The notes under the pieces are model-generated. The model saw only the letters and a list, made by a program, of their open reading frames with translations. It did not search any database and was not told where the DNA came from. The position numbers were made by a program, and so were the translations under genes. A stretch of 64,000 nt of DNA from Mytilus edulis (taxonomy: Eukaryota): NCBI RefSeq assembly GCF_963676685.1, contig NC_092350.1, positions 6,696,001 to 6,760,000 on the forward strand, given 5' to 3'. Below, in pieces: positions 23,128 to 37,700 of the stretch; the stretch's first letter is position 1, and each line of letters starts with the position of its first letter.

Positions 23128-26012
23128 TATATTAACAAAAACAAAATTCAGAAATTTTGGTAACTTGTGTAGTTTATTTATATTTTATTGTAGGCACCTT
23201 CCACGGAAATTACCGAAGTTAGGACAACAACATCTGACGCCATGTTTCGTCTGCTTCAACTTTCCATTATCAGTGAGGTCAAAACAAATTACCTAAATAA
23301 TCACAGGTACTTTATTTAAAAGTCATAAAAATCATAATTAACGATAACATATATAGCGTAAACGTTCCGTCCAGCCATGGGAACACAGAAAAAAACTCTG
23401 CCATGTCGGATTTTTTATTTGTGTAATGGCCATACGGCATGCGGGGTAAACTCCAGTTAGGTGCACTGGTTGACCAAGACTTCTTATGTTCATCTGTCAC
23501 ATAATTCACCACATCAAGGAACAGTGATAATGACGTTGGTTAAGCTGTCGAATGTGATAACGGTTATTCATGTAGCTAGTTGCGAATCCAGAACTTTTCA
23601 TAAGGGGGGAGGAGCGCTGACTGACCTAAAAAAAGGGGGGCACTCTAGTCATGCTTCAGTGATTCCCTATATAATCAACATTTTTTCCCACAAGGGGGAG
23701 GGCAGCCCCCTGGATCCGCCTATGGTAGCCCACAGACTTATTCAAAACTTAACAAAAGTTTAAAACAAAAATAAATATACAAATAATTAACAATCTTCTA
23801 ATTCTGTACTTTCTGCAACTCTCAACAATTCTTTTCATTGATTATGTCACATATCAGATATCTACCTGATACAGTCCCAGGAGATGGAAACTGTTTTGTT
23901 TTCTCTCTCTAAGTTTAGTCATAAAAGCAGACTTGAGTCTGAGTATTTATTTAGTAAGTACTGTATATATTATATGCTCCCATATATTGTACAAAATTGG
24001 ATTTTATGGGAAGATGGAGTTATTATGATAACCCATGAGAATACCATGACTTTTATAGGTATATACAGGGCATGTTACTTGGAAGTAAGTGGGCTACATT
24101 CTTTAAAATTCAAGCTGAAGCAGTCGTCTGTATATTTTATTCGTCAGGTTAAACCTGATCAAAACATTTTCACTCTACCAAGTACATGTGTACTATATCA
24201 TAATATCAGGTTCACATTTCAACCTATTTAGCAATACACACTTATGGTTACATTACAGTACCAAAATTGCACTCAGTAACCAAATTGCACCTACATGTAT
24301 TCAACTAAAAATCTGAAGAAAGTTTTCTTTCACCATGTGAAGTTATCTAATTATCATTTTTTTAAAATGAGCAAATTAAATGTTTTACCAGCATCCTTTT
24401 CTTCAAAAAATAAAAGTCAGGACCCCACAGTTGAAACATGGAATAATGTCAAATTGTTCAAATATTTGAAGAAATAAAACAAAACATCTGTCTATATTCC
24501 AGTTTTTAAGGATTTGAAATTTAACATGTAACATGTAATGATGTATGGCTTTTGGGTACTGACCTCATTACCGAATCATGGATTGTTTGGAGGTCAGTTC
24601 AACCCCATTTCTCTACTCTATAACTCTACATACATGTACTCAAAATTAAATTGGTGTCACTTTATTGTAAACAAGGATAGTCTACAAAATAAGCACAGAA
24701 TAGACTTTTGTCTGGTACATAAAAAAAGTTGGAGGAAAAAACTGACAATTTAGGTGCAATTTGGGTATTCTCATGTTAGCAACTTCACAACTACAAATTT
24801 ATTTTTATGACCAAAATAAAAAAAAAAGTACAAACCTAAAGGCAATAAAATGCTTCGCCATGCACAGCTTGATACGTCAACAGATGTATATTTATGTCAA
24901 ATGAAATCAAACATATTTTAATTTTGGACCCTTCTAACTTCAATATGGATTAATTTGAAAACAGGCATCAGGTGAACCCAAACATTTCTATTCTCTAACC
25001 ACATATCTCTTTAATTTTATATGATAGTCCTACAAAAATATTGAAAATGTGTAGATTTAATTTATTTTCTAGCTTCTCTCATGTGAAAGCGGTACCTTTT
25101 TTGTCACTATTTATGTGTTGCGTCTAAATAAGAATTGTAACACTTTATAGTGACTGAACAGGTTAAACAAATACTTCTCAAGAAGCCGAAAAAGAAGACA
25201 ACTTGACACAGCACCAGCCATGCCAGTATATATATGAATAAAAACTCAGATCAGAATAACATGGACGATATGTGAGATATATGTCCTTGTGAATAGTAAG
25301 GAAAGTTATCAATAATTCAATTTTTATATCAAGCCTATGACATTGGTCCTGAACATGCATGAAATATTTGCCACTGGACGTTAAGCAACCAACAACCAGT
25401 CAATGTAAATTGGACATAATCATTGTCTTGGTATAAAGCTGGCATTTAAGGTAGCGCCTTCCTCATATTATGTCTATAATTTGAAAGAAACGGTGTTTTT
25501 GGGGTTCTAAATTAGATTTTGTGTGTTCACCTTTCAACTGTGTCATTGGAAATTTTTGAAATCGTACCTTTTTAGGGTTGTTGACATTGGCGTATAGGAT
25601 TGCATAATTTCGGCAAATATTCTTAATTCTAATGCAATTCGGATGTAACAATTTTTCTCATTGGCTAAAAGTTGCCGTCAAATCCACAGTTGACCAGGCG
25701 TAACGAAGGAGGGACCCGCCATTTATAATTGATTGAATCAAGAAATGTTCGATTACTGCTATATAATCGAAAATAAAACAACACCTACCTCGAATTCGCC
25801 GTTTTAATGCAATTTTATCAGAATTTGAAGCGTACAGGTGACGTAATAACCTCCAGTTTGTAAGTTTTCATTTGTATGACGTCACGTTTACCCATGACGT
25901 CTTTGTGCTAAAATCATTCATAAAGTTTCGCGGATGTTTGTATTTATTTGTCAAATTTAGACATTTTTCAAGTTTTATCGTATATTTTTTTCTTTTTGTA
26001 ATGCATTAGAAT

Positions 26013-26179
26013 CGGAATAGCAATACTGTAGTTGAAGAGTTGCCACCGTCAATTTTTATTTGACGGTCGCAAATCTCCGTATTTCTGTCTCCGCTACGCG
26101 TCGCCAGTAAAACTGCATTTGAGACCGTCAAATCTACAATTGACGGAGGCACCTCTTCAACTACAGTACTGTTATTCCT
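26013..26179. mobile_element. Foldback/palindromic MITE
   Basis: Near-perfect ~165-bp hairpin (GGAATAGCAATACTGTAGTTGAAGAG...CTCTTCAACTACAGTACTGTTATTCC, followed by TTAA). Degenerate second copy at ~29095-29252. Confidence 0.8.
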
Positions 26180-27623
26180 TAATTTGATGCGTGTTTTATT
26201 TTTATTTTACTATCATGAAAAATGACGATTTACTGGTTGCTGCCTGTGCAATTTTCGTGAAAAACTTATGTTTTGGTTATAGTGTTGAATAATAACCATA
26301 TTCCCAATGTGCTTGTATAAAGCTTACGTATTCTGTAAATTTTACTACATGTATTTACTATTTTAATGGTTTTTTTAACAGTAAAAATACAGCGCATTTT
26401 TAACTATATGAATGTAATTTATGGTTAATTAAGAACTATGTCGTTGTCACATTGCATTTCTGACATAAAAAGGGGCACTTTACAGATTAAAACAACTGTT
26501 AAATCAATTGCTAGTGATGTTTCCAATTGCTTATAGATTTTGTATAGAATGAAAGTATATTCAGCATTGATAGTGTTGTCATTTAAGGACAATTTTCATG
26601 TTCTGTACAATATTCATTATTCAATATGATGATGTTTTTCAAAAGTTCAATTCAAATCATGTTTTTGACGTTAAATGATACATGTAGAGTAGTATATCGA
26701 AAAGTAAATTAACAAAAATACCAAACTTAAAGGAAAACTTCAAACGGAAACCCCATTATAAATATATTAACTTATAGTATCAATCATAAATTTTTGATTT
26801 TTTATATTTCACATCCTTAAGAGTGAGTTGGAGAGATGTCAAGTAAAAAGCCTGATTATTTCATTAGTTATTGTCTGTTGTCCCCATCTTTCAATCTATT
26901 CTTTTTCGATTGACAATGACTGTAAACCATTGAGGTGTTTAATCTGGAAATTCATTATAATTATCTGTATGATAGAACGTCAGTTAATGATACACCGTCT
27001 ATTCCATTCATTTGTTGTTTGTTATTGACATCTGAAATTTAATATCGATCAACATGTACGATTAGTTACGTATGAATAAATAGTTACAGTTCATTAGATT
27101 TCCGTTCAAAATTCAAATATGCTGATATGAAAGAATTGATCCTTAGCACATTATTATGTTTTGCGAATTATTCAACGTACATACTTGAACTGTCTTTAGT
27201 ACTTGGTTGAACGTATTGTATGATAAACCCATATGTTAAAGCATTAAATGCATCTATTTAAAAGTATATAGGAAAGTATTATACCACTTTCCATGTTCAC
27301 AATGTTTTTTCTGCCTTTTAAGTGTGGAAGGTATTAAAATGTCATTGTAAAAATTAATCATTTGCAATCTGTAAACGTAGGAAATATTAGGATATTAAAA
27401 GTACAAAAATGCAAAACAAAAATACTAAATTCAAAAGCAAATTGGAAAAAGTCCACAATACTGACAAATGAAACGCTAGCAATTAACGCAACAGATAAAG
27501 AACAATTGCCATATTCTTGACGTTGAAAATGGTGGATTGAAGGTGGTTTTATAGCTTGCTGAATCTAAAGAAATGACATCTTTAATGACCTGACAATAAT
27601 ATTGTAATTATATCCCTTCTTAA

Positions 27624-30600
27624 GGTAAGGTTTGCGTACACCGGGAAATAACTCGAATTCAAATAATTGAAAAAAGGAGGGAAAATAAAACAACACCTAC
27701 CTCAAAATCGCCGTTTTGATGTAATTTTATCAAAATTTGAATCGTACAAAAAACGTTATGACCTTCAGTTTGTTAGTTTTCATTTATATGACGTCATGTT
27801 TAGCCATAACGTCTTTGAAGTTTCGCGGAATTTTATTTTATTTCATAAATGTACATTTTGATGCCCCCGCCTTAGCAAAGGGGGCATTGAGTTTTATCCT
27901 TGTCTGTTTGTACGTCCATCTGAATGTACGTACCATAGTGTACATCTGTTTTTACAAAATTGGTTTCCGTTCTCTAACTTTAAATAGCATCAACAAACTG
28001 ATATAAAACTTATGCGCAGTGCTTTTACCACAAAAACACAGAATAAATTTGAATATTGATTTCATCACTTTTACAGTTCTAGGTTTATGAGGGGTCGGAC
28101 AGGGGATACATTTTTTCTGTCTTCCGTCCCCTTTCTCTTGTCTCCCGCCGTAAAAACTTAAAAAAACAAATGTATTGGAAGCTCATTTCAACAGAAATTG
28201 ATCTCCTTTTACAAAATAGAAGTGTTGTTTATTCTGCTTCAAGAACCCCACAACTTTTTCACTGACTGTTAAGCTGTCTCTTTCATTGAATTTGTAAGTC
28301 TGATGCACGCGTTTCCGATTTTTTATAAAGTATAAATACAAATTATAGAAACGCAGAATTGAGTGAAAAACGTCACTTTGTTGTGACACTTTTAGTCAAT
28401 TTCGTTTAAAATGGTTGGAATTTACATAATGCATCATGTGTTTTACTTACAGAGGATGCATATATATATATTCTCAGTTATTTGTATTGCATATTTTTTA
28501 CAAATAACAGAATGTTGAACTTGGTCTTTTCAAGTGTACAGTTAGCAAATTTGTCCCCAAATACGCACACAACCCACACGTTTACATCATTCGAAATATT
28601 GTTATTTTATCAATCACTTTTACAACTGACGGAATGTTTCTTATAGTATTTTTTTTATGGATGCATTAACAATGTGTCTTTTAGACACAACTATTGTATT
28701 GTGTCGTCCTGCACATGCCTGATCTATTTGCCACCGGACATTTTACAACCTCTTTACCTCAAACGTTTATGTATATCAGTCAACTTTGAATCAACTTTAT
28801 CTAAAAACAAGGATGGACACATGTGTATGCACTATAAAATCCAGGAAATTGTTAGTTTTTAGTCTTTCTCTGTATATATGAGATCATAATGAAGTAGTGA
28901 CGACGCTCGGCCTGAGTATTTTTTTTAGGTCTTTTTCTGAATTTTTGGTTTCTTTTCTCTACCTTTGCTTCGACCAAATGTAATAAAATGTATACGTAAT
29001 GCTTTATAATGTGTTATGTTTATGCAAAAGGGAGCATTATCAGTGTCTCATGGACACATTCCCCATTTATTCCAAGCTCTAACATATTATTTTACATTAC
29101 TGTGGTTGAAGAGTAGCCACAATCAATTTTGATATGACGGACGCAAATTTCCGGTTTACTGGCTCCCCAACGCGTCGACAGTAAAACGGCATTTGCGAAC
29201 ATCAAATCGCAAATTGACGGTGGGGACTCCCCAACAACAGTGCCGTTACTCCTGTGAACTTCATTGAAGTGATTTTAATTTATTGAAAGTATGTGGAAGA
29301 TTTTCATATTACAGGTCTACATAACTACATTTCTTATTTTGAATATGAACAATACATATACGACTGGTCATTTGTATTCCCAGGCCATCATCTGTTTCGT
29401 CTTTCATCATGTATAGGAGCATGTAGTTTGTTTGTTTGGTCAAATACCCCAAATCTGAACATCATGTGTAACAATTGCAAAAATCATACCAGTAATCTAT
29501 ACTTCTCCTGCAAGGCTTTCCCCTGCTAAGTCATAAATATTTGATCATATTTGAATAACATTTGTAGATGTCGAGATTTAAATGAATGGAATAAACATGG
29601 CTGCTGTAAATGATTTAACTAGTCAAAACTGATGTCTTTTCATCCATTTGCTTCATACAAACAATTTATCAGACATGGGCAATAAAGCAATTTTAATTAC
29701 TTTTAATGGCAATTTGAATGCTTTCCTAGATTCAAAATATTACAGTTTGAAGCACTGAAAGAATATAAGTGTTTCCTTCAAAACCAGTGTCTTGTTCATT
29801 TTGTACATGTATTAATACACATTAATGACCAAAGTTAAACACCTCCCCTTCCAACTGATAGGTGGGCATAACAGTTAGGGGACGACATCAAAAGTTCAAT
29901 GCAGGAAAAAACATCACATAGCTTGTTCACTAACACCCCCCCCCCTTTTCCAACCCCTTACCCCTCTTATCTTAATTTGGGGAAAATTTATTGACCAATA
30001 TGGATATATGTAAAATCCATGTTCAATTAACAAAACTTGCAGCAACTTTTATCCCCCCACCCCCAAACTATTTGAATTAATTTTTTTTTATCATACATTG
30101 ATCTGTTGATGTCATCCCTAAAATAATCACTGCTTTCTCTCATTGATTATGGTCAATCCCAAAAAGTTACAAGACAAAAAGATTCTTTGTTAAAAGATGC
30201 TTTAAAGCTGACTTTCTTCTTTGCAGATCAACAAAAAATATATTGTTGTGTTTTACAGAAATGACAAGATGAACGCATAACGCCCATTACCGTAAAAACG
30301 AGTTCGGGGACATATCAATTTTATTAGCTCATTATAATGCAAATAGTTAAATCGTTATGTTCACAGTTTTTTACAAAATCGGTGGACCTGGAAAAGGGCT
30401 ATTTTTGGCTTTTTGTTGCCATGGAAACGGGTTTTTTTAATTAAAAAATCTTGTTTTTAGGAACTTTTATATCATTTTTTTATTTAAAAATTATTATTAA
30501 GGAATGGACCACAATTATTTATACATGTTTTATTCAGTTTTATTTTTTCATAATCACTCGCATACATTATTATTTCAGAAGAATTAAAATACAATTTTCA

Positions 30601-30769
30601 CTAAAAATCTTTAAAAATCAGAATTTTGAGCTTTTCACCTGAAAAATCGGGACGGGCGATCTTCGATATTTTTCATTAAATGATTGGGTACTCCTCCCTG
30701 AACAAAATGATGTATCATATTAGTACAATATTACTAAGACAAAAATCCAGGTTTCATGCAAACCTTACC
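27624..30769. mobile_element. TTAA-targeting TIR element (Kolobok-like), non-autonomous, with nested repeats
   Basis: TIR GGTAAGGTTTGC...GCAAACCTTACC flanked by TTAA (27620-27623, 30770-30773). No transposase ORF seen. Confidence 0.7.
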
Positions 30770-32204
30770 TTAATTAGTCTGTTTAAAGGTTTTGTTAGCT
30801 TTTGATGTGAATGCCGACATTCTTTATTTGATCTTCTCTTTTTTTAACATGAGTCCGAAGTAACTCAAATTTATATGACAATAGGAAAACAGGGACAAGC
30901 CAACAGGGAGAGATACACATTTGTTTTTGGAAATGCTGAGAACCTGCAGAACACGTCTTCTTCAAATTTTAAATAAATATGTTGTCAATGAGAAACTCAT
31001 TGTTCTTCGTTGTAGCATATGCTTATTTAGGGATTCATTTTAACCCAAAAAAAAGGTAGAATCAATAACAAGTATGATGAAGGATATTATTGGGGATTAT
31101 TTCTTTAAGACGGGATTTTAATTTTTCATGCTGGACGGTGGTAGAGAGGGTGGCAAAACAAAAGTTTTGATAGTTTTAATTTCAGAAATATGACTCAGAC
31201 GTTTTTCAATTTTAAAGAAGTTGTTTTGCGTTCTAAAATGTAAATATATGGTCTATGCAACTATGCGAATAAACAGTGTCACTGTCTTTTAGCAATCAAC
31301 CTTTCACTGCAGACAATTTTTTTTATAATTATTTTGTAGAACAATTTACTGTTATTTGTCGAAGCCATGTTAAATAATCAATATAAACAAGATACGCTAG
31401 TATATTTTTTGTCAATTTTGGCATGAAGAACATGTAGTTTAACAAGAGCTCATCTCTATCAAAGATAACGCTTTTGTACATATGATTATCCGCGTGTTCC
31501 GTTATTCCCAATCGTTTGACAAGAAGCTCTTAACAAACAGTGTTCTTGTAAACAGCAATACATCTTCAGATATAACCATTGCTACCTTTACGGCATTAAA
31601 TCTTCTTTATAAGAATTGAAGAGTGAAGGAGAAACATGCTGTTATTTTTGTTAGTTTGGTATCATACCAATGGGTTTTTAAATTTTATACTGATTTCCAA
31701 TAACGGCAATCAGTTGCTTATGTCGTATGTTGTTTAATCGTTAACATATTTCGTCGGAAATGCTCCAGGTAAAATACAAAGTAAACTTTTAATTAATCAG
31801 AAGAAATCTCTCGCTAATTAGATCTCTAGTGAAAAGTGTTGAAGTGTTGAATAAAGTAAAACAACACGAACATCGACCTCAAAGGAAAATTGAAAGATTG
31901 AAGTCTCTTATTAAAATGCAAAATCAAAAGCTCAAAGACATAAAACGCATGGAAATGAATAAACAACTGTCATATTCCCGATTAGGCAAAAGCCTTTTCT
32001 TATGTACAGAATTTTGGATAATACCTGGTCGTCATTAGTTCGTGAGAGGCACAGCAGGTATGCCAGAATCAAGATTTACAAAACCAATCCAGAAGTTGAA
32101 GAAATACATACAAATATTCAGAATAGTAATTGGGATATTTCATAATTGATATGGTTCTTATTGTATTTCAAAATCATCACTGGATATTCTTGAAAATGAA
32201 TAAC

Positions 32205-32510
32205 ACACAGATTTTATGTAGCAACATATCAGTAGCGCCTGCATACGGAGTATATATCTCCAAATTGATAAGATATTCAAAGATTATATTTCCTGTCATG
32301 CTTTCCTTGATAGATGGTTGCTGCTCACAGGGAAGCTATTAAACCAACAGTTTCCAATGTTGAGGTTGAAATCATCCTTTCGTAAACTTTACAGACGCCA
32401 TCCCGAGTTGGTTGACGGTTATGGAATATCCGTTTCAAAGATGATATCGGAAGTGTTCCTTATAACGTTACTACAATCCAGTTTCCTATCGGCTTTTACA
32501 TATCATACAT
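32205..32510 (+). mobile_element. Penelope/Naiad RT C-terminal fragment
   Basis: LCSNISVAPAYGVYISKLIRYS...LLTGKLLNQQFPMLRLKSSFRKLYRRHPELVDGY. Confidence 0.85.
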
Positions 32511-32511
32511 A

Positions 32512-34754
32512 CACTACAAACTAGTGTTGTCAAATCGTACACTTTTGCCTAACCGGTTACTCGGATAATCGTTCGACCGATTAACCGGTTAACCGGTATA
32601 GTTTAAATTGGGGTTTGAAAGCCTTATCAATAGTACCCTACACATAGATATAAGATGTGGTATGAGTGTCAATTTGACAACCTTTCATCCAAATCATAAA
32701 TTTACGCTTTTAGAATTGAATATTGTCCTTTGGCATTATCAGGTTGTCTTTGAGGATTCCTGGCGAAGTTTGACTTTTAATAATCAAATGCACCGTATCA
32801 ACTATAGCGTCTGTACCAACTTCAGAATGAAAAATAAAAAAAAAACTTCTTGATCTCGTAGAATTGAATATATGTCTGAAACCTATTATTCTTTACTTTT
32901 CTCTTGAGATAGCATTTCGTTTAACTATTTAATGATTTCAATACAAATTTATATCAAATCTACCAAAATTGAAAAAAAGTCCGGTTAACCGGTTAGCGAT
33001 TTTGGTATTCGGTATTTGGTCGTTCGATCGGTTAACCGGTTAACCGGTTAACCGTTGACAACACTACTACAAACCATTAAAGTCTGAAATGGCCTATATC
33101 TGTACTCGACTGTACTGATTTTTACTCGACCAGCCTGAATTGGTCTGACTTTTACTTGACATTACTCGACCCCAGTCTGAACCATACTTGACTGTACTGA
33201 ATCGTACTAGACCCTTATCTTTGCTGTTGAAAATAGTCTGAACTATTACCCGACCAGTCTGAATCGGTCTTAACCCATTCTCGACATGTACTCGACCTAT
33301 TTTTCAAGTCTTAACCATACTTAACCAAAGGTCTGAACAATACTTGACCAGTCTGAACCATACTAAACCAAAAAAACTCTACTTTTTTTAACTGTTAAAA
33401 TAAATTTCTTTTTAACTGACATATATAACAACAGCCAACAAAATCTATAAAATATTTTAACCTTATAAAAAAATTATATATCTCTGATTATATTTAGGAT
33501 AAAAAAAAATATATTATATATAACATGTATTACTTATATCAAAAAGCGATAAAATTAAATAAATAAATAAAATAGTTTTTCTGATTAGTGGTGAAATATA
33601 AAGTATAACCTCTGCTTGGGGGCAAACTCATAAATAAGATCACACCTGATCAGAGGTATTAAATTCTAAATAACATTGATTCAAAATTGCAACATCCTGT
33701 TTAAATTAAATAACAAGGCCTTTCGAATAAACATGTATGTACTAGATAAGTAATACACGAATTTAAGAAAATAGGGTTTTCTTTTTACCTGTAAAACACA
33801 CATGTACTGAGGTAATTAGAACATATTAAAGTGCTTTATGAATGCCATTTTAATTTGACAAAGAAATACTTAAGTTAATTGAAAATTTTTTACTGTTACT
33901 TTGCAATACATTTTCTTTTTTAAAAAGGTTTTATCAAGGATTGCTATGGAAATTCAATTATAATGATTATGTTTAAATTATTGGTTTAATAAAACAAAAC
34001 AATTAAGCTCTCATTTTTTTAAAATTTATTAAGTTGTTTTATATACTATTTTATATATATCTAAATAAAAACATTAACTGCATTATTACCTGAACTAAAC
34101 TGACACCATAAATCTATACTAGGCTTTAGTTAATGGTGAAAATAGTCCAGTTACTATAAAATACTTCCGAAATATTCATAAAATTTTGAATAATATTGAA
34201 AATATTAGCCACAATTTATTTTTTTAGATTATTTGATCAGCTTGTTTTATTTATATTTTAAAAGTTGAAATATAGTATTATGTTAGTGTTGATTTATATT
34301 GAGTTGAAGTTATATTATGATTGATTTTTGTGAAATTTTAATTTCAATACTGTATTGAATACATTTTTAATATCAAGTTGTTGTTCATATTTCATTTTTA
34401 TTAAAAAATTTCGTAAATTGATAAAATTCAGTTGATAGATAGAAAGAATATGTCTAGTTTGGTTAAGACTTGGTCGAGTATGGTTCAGACTAGGTCGAAT
34501 ATGGTTCAGACTAGGTCGAGTACGGTTCAGACTAGGTCGAGTACGGCTCAGACTATGTCGAGTACGGTTCAGACTCGTATAAAACGGTTAAGTACATTTG
34601 TACTGGTCAAGTACACATTCAAACTGTTAAGTATGGTTTATACTACAGTCGAGTATTATCAAGTAAATCTCAGACGAATTCAGACTGGTCGAGTAAAAAT
34701 CAGTACAGTCGAGTACAGATATAGGCCATTTCAGACTTTTAATGGTTTGTAGTG
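32512..34754. mobile_element. Non-autonomous CACTA/EnSpm element
   Basis: Termini CACTACAAACCATTAA...TTAATGGTTTGTAGTG; 3-bp TSD ATA; subterminal arrays of ACTCGACCAGTCTGAACC-like repeats in inverted orientation at both ends. Confidence 0.88.
32522..33066. mobile_element. hAT-type MITE nested in the left TIR of the CACTA element
   Basis: TIR TAGTGTTGTCAA; 8-bp TSD CTACAAAC (32514-32521, 33067-33074); subterminal AACCGGTT palindromes. Confidence 0.9.
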
Positions 34755-37700
34755 ATAGGAATCAGAGCGATGAGTTGTACAGAAAATATGTTTGCTTCTC
34801 GTTGTTACTATCTACAAATGTATTTGAAGCAAATGTTTGCTGTGACTCAAAGACATTAGTTAATTTGCGCATCTACTCATATAACATGGATAAAATAATA
34901 TCAAATTTGAAATAATACAAAACTAATAAATCGAATTTTTATACTTGGCAATGTTGACAATGTAGCAATTCTCAAATCTACAACTAATTGATTACAATGA
35001 ACATGAAAGCTTTGATCTGGATAGCTTTGTACTGCGATACAGATAATTACTTTTTGTTATTATCATTTGTCAACATAACAGGAAAGTAAGTAGTGAAGCA
35101 CTTTTACTATAGATTTGATAGTTATGTTATGACAATATGTTCAGTATTGTTGTACCATATATTGTGAATTGCAAAATCAGCAAATGGTTTATGTCAGGTT
35201 TTATTGCTCAGTTATATTCGGTGGTCAACTTAACCATGAACACGAGTACTATATCAATGTCCAACCTATAAATATTTCATGTGCAAGCAATATCAAAATG
35301 TAAAATACAAAAACTAATGCAATATCATCACAGGAAAATTTCTTGTAAAATGATGAAGTTTGGTGTACTAAGGAATCTTTTTGTATCGGTTACATCTGAT
35401 AGTTTAGTGTTTATTACGTGTTATAGGGTTGTTTTATTTGTCTTCATTAATAGTACTTTTACTGTTTGGTCTATTGTTTGTGTTATCTATTTCACGTTGC
35501 TCTGTACTTATGCATTCCGTCATTGTGTTGTTTGCATTATGGTTCATATCTACTTTGTTCGTGTGAATTTCTACGTTTTTTTGATACATATGACGTGGCC
35601 CTGTACTTACACATCCCGGTATTGTTTTATGTTCTATTATAATGTTTTTGTATTCTGGTCTTCCATATTTTCTAATGCTTTGCCTATATGCCCTTTTGTG
35701 TTTCTTGTTAATTGTTTATATAATGCCATTGCTTTTTTTTAGAAGAAATACACAATACGCATATCAACAAGCGCCAGGAAGGATAGGCAAACTTCTTATG
35801 TACATTCTGAAGTGGATTTGCCTAAATAACTATAGACTATATTATTTTCATACTTTGAACGACAGCATTTTCTTTTATATCTCTACCTGTGTGATGTTTA
35901 CATTCTAAAGTCAAACGCTACGTTAGAGTCAGTGTTTATCAACTTTTCGGTCCAAGTACTTAAAATCTTTCTATCGCTTATGGGTGGATATAACATACAT
36001 AAATAATATTTAAAAAAATCAAAAATAAGAATGCATTGAATGAGGTTGTTAAATTTAATATATGCCTTTTTGTTCTTCTTTGTTCAATATTTGTTTGTTT
36101 TATTTGTTCATTCGGTGATTATTTTTTTATGATATTCTCATATTCTTGTCTTACATTTTTGCTTATGTGCTTTGACTATATGACTTTTGAAGTTTTTTGA
36201 TACATTTAGGAAAACAAAACAGGAATATGACAGTTGTTATCCATTCGTTGGATGTGTTTGAGGTTTTGATTTTGACATTTGATAAGGAACTTTCCGTTTT
36301 GAATTTCCTCGGAGTTCAGTATTTTTACTTTTTACAACGATGTCGGTAGAATAAAAGGTATAATAACAAGTAGTATCGACCTTATTTTTGTTGTTTAACT
36401 GAGTGAAATGCTTTTTCACCAGAATGAACAATATCCGAACTTACAATTTAAAATCCTAAAGGCGTGTACTTATCTTCAAACCTTACTTCGTGTATTTCCA
36501 TATTTTCATAATGAATCATATCTCAGGTGAATATACCCATTCCATTTGCAAATATATTAATATAGACAATGGCAATTTAAAACAAACCAATTATTGCCGT
36601 ATTTTAAATAATAATGTGTAGAAATATATCTATTAATCCAAACCATATAATTTGTTCAGCAAAAACACTTTTTTAAATTGTGAACAGCTACCTGAAATAT
36701 ACTACATTTAAGAAAACAAAATCCAAATTCGATAAACTGTTTTTGATTTCGAAGACTATGTTCATCAAGAGTTAACCAACACCGGCACCTTGAACGGCGG
36801 CTCGGAAACCTTTAGTATTTATTAGACAATCTATGATTGTCTACTACTGTTTGTCATGCGGTATTTATCAAAGGTACCAGAATTGTAATTTAATACGCCA
36901 AGCACTCGTTCCGTCTACATAAGACTCATCAGTGACGCTTAGATAAATATAATTATAAAGCCAAACTAGTACAAAGTTGAAGAGCATTGAGGACCCAAAA
37001 TTCCATTTTAATTATATCTTGGAATAGGGAAACTCTAACAATTGCCTTATAAGAAAATGTAGCTAGTTGTTTTGTTGGAGGAGATTTTGACGGTTTGACG
37101 ATTCGAAATTCACCAAAACCGAAAAACAAAGCAACGTACAGAAGTTATCCCTTGTATGTTAAACTTAAAACAATCATGAAGCAGTAATAAAAAAAGAAAA
37201 GAATTTTTTTCTATTCTGTTTGTCATGTTCAATAACTTTGTATTAAAATATTTCTGTAACAAATTGCTCATAATAACATTATTGTTTGTCTCGAACATTT
37301 CGCTAGGTTCTTGTAGATACCGGGTAATAGAATTTTACCTGTTCATACAATGTGCCTTGCAAACTATTTGTTATTGGTTATATTAATTTCAAATATGCCA
37401 TTTCATTTTCTTAATCGCTTTTGAAACCAAACGGATTTTGTCGTTCAGTTTTTGTGTTTGAATTACTCGATCTATATCTTGCTATGGTAATTTTGGAATT
37501 GAAATTAACTGCAGAAACTTATGTAATTTGAATAAAAGAAAAAAAGAAAATGTTCGACAAAATGATTGCTCGGTAATTACGATTCAAAGTCAAACAATGT
37601 CAAAACGTCTCTGTTTTCCCGATTATTTGTAATATCTATATCATTATCTTACGCTTGGTGTCTTTTGTCTTTTGATTGAAATTCATCATATCTGAAATGG

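Noticed and set aside
34432-34752. ORF with repeated VQTRSST motif
   Set aside because: Translation of the 21-bp subterminal repeats of the CACTA element.
35281-35908. Hydrophobic ORFs (also 12400-12618 and 50867-51085) as membrane proteins
   Set aside because: Derived from T/G-rich low-complexity repeat sequence; no motif and frames not conserved between paralogs.
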